A stretch of DNA of 63,978 bases, the filler included, from Diploschistes diacapsis (Eukaryota): assembly GCA_023645945.1 (NCBI GenBank). It is 4 parts of 4 records of this genome, joined end to end, with 100 filler letters (N's around TTAATTAATTAA, not from the genome) between each part and the next. Parts side by side here need not be neighbours in the genome. Positions count along the whole stretch, not along the records: positions 49,611 to 63,978 come from JALAIB010000607.1; 3 more parts are not named here. One strand, given 5' to 3'. This document shows positions 59,064 through 63,978 of this stretch, piece by piece. Below the pieces are notes generated by a model, which did no database searches, was not told the DNA's origin, and was given only the letters and a program-made list of their open reading frames with translations. Both the position numbers and the translations under genes were made by a program. Position 1 is the first letter of the stretch, and each line of letters begins with the position of its first letter.

Positions 59064-62000
59064 GTCGTCAACTACGATTGCGAACAAAAGATTTTTAACC
59101 TAAGAAGTGACCCCAGAACAAATGTTAGCACCGCGGTTGTCGGCGCCTTCAATTTATGTCAGAATATTAACCTAAATAGGTTAGTCGTATTGATAAGTTT
59201 CTAATCACTTTTTATTGGTCATTTTTTACGTAATCAGAATTACGTAAACAAAAACTAATCTTTTAATGCTGATGGCCATTCTGTATGTATATCTTACGAG
59301 TACTTCCTCCGCTCCAACGCATAGAAAACGATACTACATTGTAACAATAACGGACGTCTCCGCAGCATTATTGGCTGAAGAGTATTAACTACTGAAATTA
59401 GATAGGGAACCTGCCAGGGCATCGATGTTCGGGGGTAAATTTTCGCGTTATCTTTTTGCAAGAATGGCCCGCTTGCGGCGCCAAAAAAAAAGCGGTTGTC
59501 ATCCTAATCCCGCAGAATGGGGGCGGGAAAAGTTCGACGCAGATATTTTGCAAGTCGTCGGGTACCTAGGTGGAGCCTGACCCATCTGGTTACTAAACAA
59601 CACCTTTTCTCTTCCCCCGGTTGTGAGTCACAATTGCTGCCAGCTTATCATAAATAAAGATGGACCTCCAAAGGTGTGCTTTTCGGTTTTGAACGTTGGG
59701 CAATTTCGGACAAAACATGAACACATTCGTTCTTGACGCAAATACATCTGGGAGCCTTTTCATGCCAACGAGCCTGCGCCTTGGCCGGCCAACCCCTTGG
59801 CGTGTCTGAAACAGATACGCAATTGATATCTCCTTTCATGCTTAAAAGCAAGCAAAGATCCATGTATTACAGCTGACAAGATTGCGAAAAGTTTCAACTG
59901 TTTCTTACCGAGCTTATCGAAAACTCAACATGGGCCGATACCAACATCCATTAACTTGTTCTTTGCTGGATACGAACTAACATGCCACTCATCCCCAAAG
60001 TCTGAAAAAGTAAATACATTCAATCTGAAAAGCGATCGGCTTGCTCTTCTAGTTATTGCAACAAGTGCCCTTGGTTGAGATGCTTCTGAAGGTCTACTTT
60101 CTTCAGGACACAATGATATCCTGTCCTTCCAAACTATTGCAACATTTAATTCTCAAATCATGTTGAGTGCTTAGGCCTCCAGGCAAGTGTTTAGCTCAAC
60201 ATATTTTATAGTAAGGTCAATATGGAGTTTCCCTGGGCCGTAGGTCAATGATAGGGCCATCTCAATTCGCCACACGTTTCGAGCAAGACAGGAAGAAAAG
60301 GTTGTACAGATAAAGAACACTTTTCACTTAGGTAAATCTAAGAATTAACTGTAACTTGAAACGGGACATCCAACCATGGCATATCCCCACCAAAAAGAAC
60401 TCAAGAGGTATGTCAGGTGAATGCTTCCAAAAGACCAAGATCAAGAAGGAAATCAGATGCTGATAAAAATGAGTTCAAGCGAAAACACAGGACAAGCTCA
60501 ACAGTTCTAGTAAGCACTGCCAATACCCAACAAAAGATACAGCAGTCACAGATTATGGTTTATTGCACTCAGGTTGTCCGTGCGGACGCCCTTGGTCAAA
60601 CATCCTGGGGTTTTTCGCCCCCTTCGACATAACGGCTCTTCATGACCTAGTGCTGATGGTAACCTATATCGGCAAAAATTGCATGACCAGGCAAAGACCT
60701 ATCCATAGCGGTCAATTTTATGAAGTTCCAAATGCGGCAATGTATGGGCGAAATCACAAGGTGTTCCCTAAAGGAATGGGCCCAGACTTCTAACCCGAAG
60801 AAGTATCTTTAATTGAAGTGCTGATTGCCCCGAGAAAAGTATCCAGGCAGCTATGATCGACTCTGTGATCGAGCCGTTGACTTTGCTGCAATATCGAGAT
60901 GCCAAGGAGCACGGTGTAATCGCTTCAATCCTGTAATCTTATGCTTGATTTGTCAGTTTTGGGGCTCCGATGACCCTGGAGCGTCGGTAAGAATCTCGAA
61001 TGCAGGCTGCGCTATAACAGTTACTAGAATCTGGAGTATACGATTCCACGTGTGGCAATGTTCAGACTCTTCCTTCCAAGTTCAAACATATTTATGGAGG
61101 ACCGATCGCTGTCGTGGCTATGGCTCTCAAACAAAGGACGGAGCTGCTGGTACGAGTGGCTTTCATAGTGCGGCATTTGAATTCAAGGAAAGCTATGCTT
61201 AGACCTCTGATACCTATAGGGGATCCGCGTCAATCGCACGGTTTGATAAGTTCTAGATCCTAAATGGCGTAAGATAACAGTCTGTAGATCGCCAACGGCA
61301 CAGGACCTCGTGAACAGCCTTGGCTAGAAGCTCTTGTAGTTTCCAGGCATGAAACGAGCTGTGCAGAAACCTTTCCCCGCACATCCTTTTGGCAAAGGAA
61401 TACCAATACCCGTGCTTTACTTCATCCATTCCAGAAGGTTAAACACGCCATCGGATAGAAGTTATGTTCTATACTGATTCATATGATCTTATGCCTCTCT
61501 TTAATACAAGTCGCGTTACTTCCTAGAATGAGGATGGACACAGCTCTCCATCTCCATCAGGAAGGAGGTTGGCTGTGTTCGCTATTAGCACATTAGACAT
61601 TGCTGTGGTAAAGCCCGTTGATGGTAACCAAAGGATTGCTGATAATCCTAATCCTTCTGTAGTTATGCCGTCGTTATTCGCCGTGTACTAGCGGTTCATA
61701 TGCATGGCGCCTACCGATTGGAGTAACGGCGGTGTTTGGGTAAAACTTAATTCTCTGGGAGAGAACAGGTTTCCATCCTTCCAACACTTGCAGGTGAACC
61801 TTTCGCGCCACCAATATGCAGAAAGACGGGGACTAGAGCGAGTGGCAGTTCCCCCACCTCAGTTAGCGCCAAAGTCGTTCGTCGGCATAGCCACAAGGTC
61901 GAAGTGTAACCCATCCCGCGATGTGAGGCACGAGCGAGCTATGCAAGCTATCGTCGCAAGAATGCGGCCAAGAATGCTGCAGCATCGAATCTCGCTTGAG

Positions 62001-62625
62001 TTGCTGGGGTCGAGGTTCTGTCTCCCTGTTTCTAGATTTGAGCATAAAATCGTCGAAGGTCAACGGGACGAACCGCTTTAGGTCTTCATGCGCTTCATTG
62101 TTCGATAGCTCTATACGGCCTAAGCTGTTGAAGAACCGTGCACCGACCTGTTGGAACACACACTCGCATTGGGGTTAAGCTATGTGCGATCAGCTGAACG
62201 CGGTCTATGGTCATTTTCGAGTCCTTGAGCAGGCCTTGCGGGATTAGTCCACGAGTTTGAACTTTTCCTGCCTTGGACGTCCAGTATCGAATAGTTCCTG
62301 GTCGGCTAATTTCCTCGTGCTCAGACATTCTTCGGTCAGGAAGCAGACGATCATCTTAGGTTTGCGTGGTAATCAACTTGGCAAGAGTTTCAAGTTATCT
62401 CGAAGATCAATGGCCCATAGACTTTCACAAGCCAAATCTTGAGAAAGCAAAGCGGAGTGTAAACGTAAATGATAGGCCAGATCAATGATAGCCACTGTCG
62501 GAGGAGCACCTTGCGCATTTCACGAATCGATCACTGGGTTAAGTGCAGATCTATTACTCAAGTGACTGTCTGTTGCAGACCCTTTTTCTTCTCCACAATA
62601 TTGAAAGTCCGGTACGGAAAGCGTC

Positions 62626-62701
62626 TTCGAGAACATGTTGATCTTCGAGATCTTCTAGAATGACTCAATCCTTCTCGAAGCCTTCTCGAAGCCTTCTCGA
62701 A
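62626..62701. promoter_or_regulatory. Cluster of five TTCnnGAA (HSE-like) cores plus a TGACTCA (Gcn4/AP-1-type) site
   Basis: TTCGAGAA 62626, TTCTAGAA 62653, TGACTCA 62661, and three copies of CCTTCTCGAA(G) at 62670-62701. Confidence 0.4.
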
Positions 62702-63000
62702 TGATCGGCGGGGCGATGGTAGTAAGATGACATAACGAGCCGGCTTCCGGGTTGAGGTCTCAGTGCATAGTACACGCAACGGAGCATGAATCGCGAGCCG
62801 GTTCTGATGCCGATAACTTTTTATCCTCTCACGAGGCTAGGGAGCATCGCACAACTTACTGACACGTTTGCTAAAAGATCACTGCTCTTTACATTCTGCA
62901 CTTTTGAGTGAAAAGGGTGGGAGTTACGGGGGTATTGCGTCATAGCCCTGTAGTTCCGCTAACTCCATTGCGGATTAATAATTAATCCAAAGTCCCGCTT

Positions 63001-63065
63001 GTTGCTATTGTTGTTGTTGTTGTTGTTGTCGTTGTTGTTGTTACTTTTGCTCTCTCTCTCTCTCT
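63001..63065. repeat. Compound (GTT)n and (CT)n microsatellite
   Basis: gttgctattgttgttgttgtt..gttgttgttgtt followed by ctctctctctctctct. Confidence 0.85.
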
Positions 63066-63978
63066 GTGGGAAATAGAGGTGTTTCTACTTATCCAACATG
63101 AGCTGCCTCTAATTATTGGCACTAGCAGCACCAGACAGACAGACAGACCAAGGCAAAAAAGTTAGGCATACCAGACCGTTTCCGTCATTTCAACCCCATT
63201 TCCCCAGCCTTCACAGCCTCGCCGAACTTTTTCACCGGGCTCAGTTAATAGTACCCCGCCCCAGTGACCGCCTTTCCGTTTCCAGAAACCCCTGCAAAAA
63301 CATTCGTAATCCCCATGATGATGCCGGGGCACATGGATCGACGCCCAGCACTTCTACGGTTGTTCTAGCGCTTCCTCGTGCCTTCGATGAGAGTTCCATC
63401 ATCGTCTCCCGATGACGGGATCGTCGAACCCTTCCTCGTTCCAATGTCCAGAACGTTCCTGCCATGTGCTTTTGAGGCTGTTTTTTATTGTTTCCGATCG
63501 GCGCACCCGATTCGTTGCTCGAAGACCCTGACCAGAAGACAATGCGACGAACGCTTCTTCCTTTTTTTCGACCTCTGGGCTTACCCCCCGACGTGTATAA
63601 CAACCGTCACTAGGGCCAAGGCAGCCGCCACGATTGGTGCGCTTGTGGCTCTGCCAGAGGAGAGAGAGCCGACCTCAACGGGCGAACGGGGTGGGTAGGA
63701 AAAACCTAACAAAAGGGCGTTCGTTGTTGCTGTTGCTTTTTTGTTTTGGCTACTCCCAGCCTTCTCGAAGGATCACAGCCACCACTCACGCATCACTGTT
63801 CCGTGCCAAATACTTGCTTTATTGATCCAGAGGGTATAGTTTATGTCCAAAAGCCTGTTTGCAAACCAGCGCCTCTCCCGAACATTTCGTCGTATAACCC
63901 CATCCCATTTTTCCAGGATCCCGGCCGACCCCCTATGCAGCAACAAGATGCTGGACTGCGATCCCAAACTCCCAGAAC

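Overview
Intron-containing DNA from a filamentous ascomycete (Pezizomycotina-type genes, GT-AG introns with CTRAC branch sites). The window is not one locus. Three identical 100-bp spacers (N44-TTAATTAATTAA-N44) join four contigs, and the two complete ones are 16,433 and 16,431 bp, so this looks like size-sorted concatenation. Contig 1 (1-16446): J-domain protein, porin POR1, a frameshifted secreted PAN/Apple-like gene, DUF1115-like protein, MLH3, lipoate ligase AIM22, SIW14/OCA-type phosphatase, a hAT-like MITE and a Ser-rich protein. Contig 2 (16547-32979): PNS1, then an accessory block with an HNH-nuclease gene, a short frameshifted fucose-lectin-like gene, a PTH11-like receptor, a pogo/Fot1-type MITE and a pseudogenised PNP_UDP-NACHT-ankyrin NLR, ending in a Gag1/DUF4050-like gene. 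Contig 3 (33080-49510): a spliced ~2,677-aa single-RRM protein with internal tandem repeats, FMP46, a decayed CBM1-CE16 acetylesterase absent from the ORF track, a second 210-bp MITE, a bestrophin-like channel and an MFS transporter. Contig 4 (49611-end): TUL1/DSC1, DUG3, a PIG-Y-like protein, a fold-back element, SRP101 and ~4.9 kb without a recognisable gene but with a cluster of HSE-like and AP-1-type sites. Housekeeping genes are intact, while four secreted, carbohydrate-binding or immune genes carry inactivating lesions. All family assignments come from manual motif recognition; no database searches were run. I did not find a clearly novel multi-gene system.
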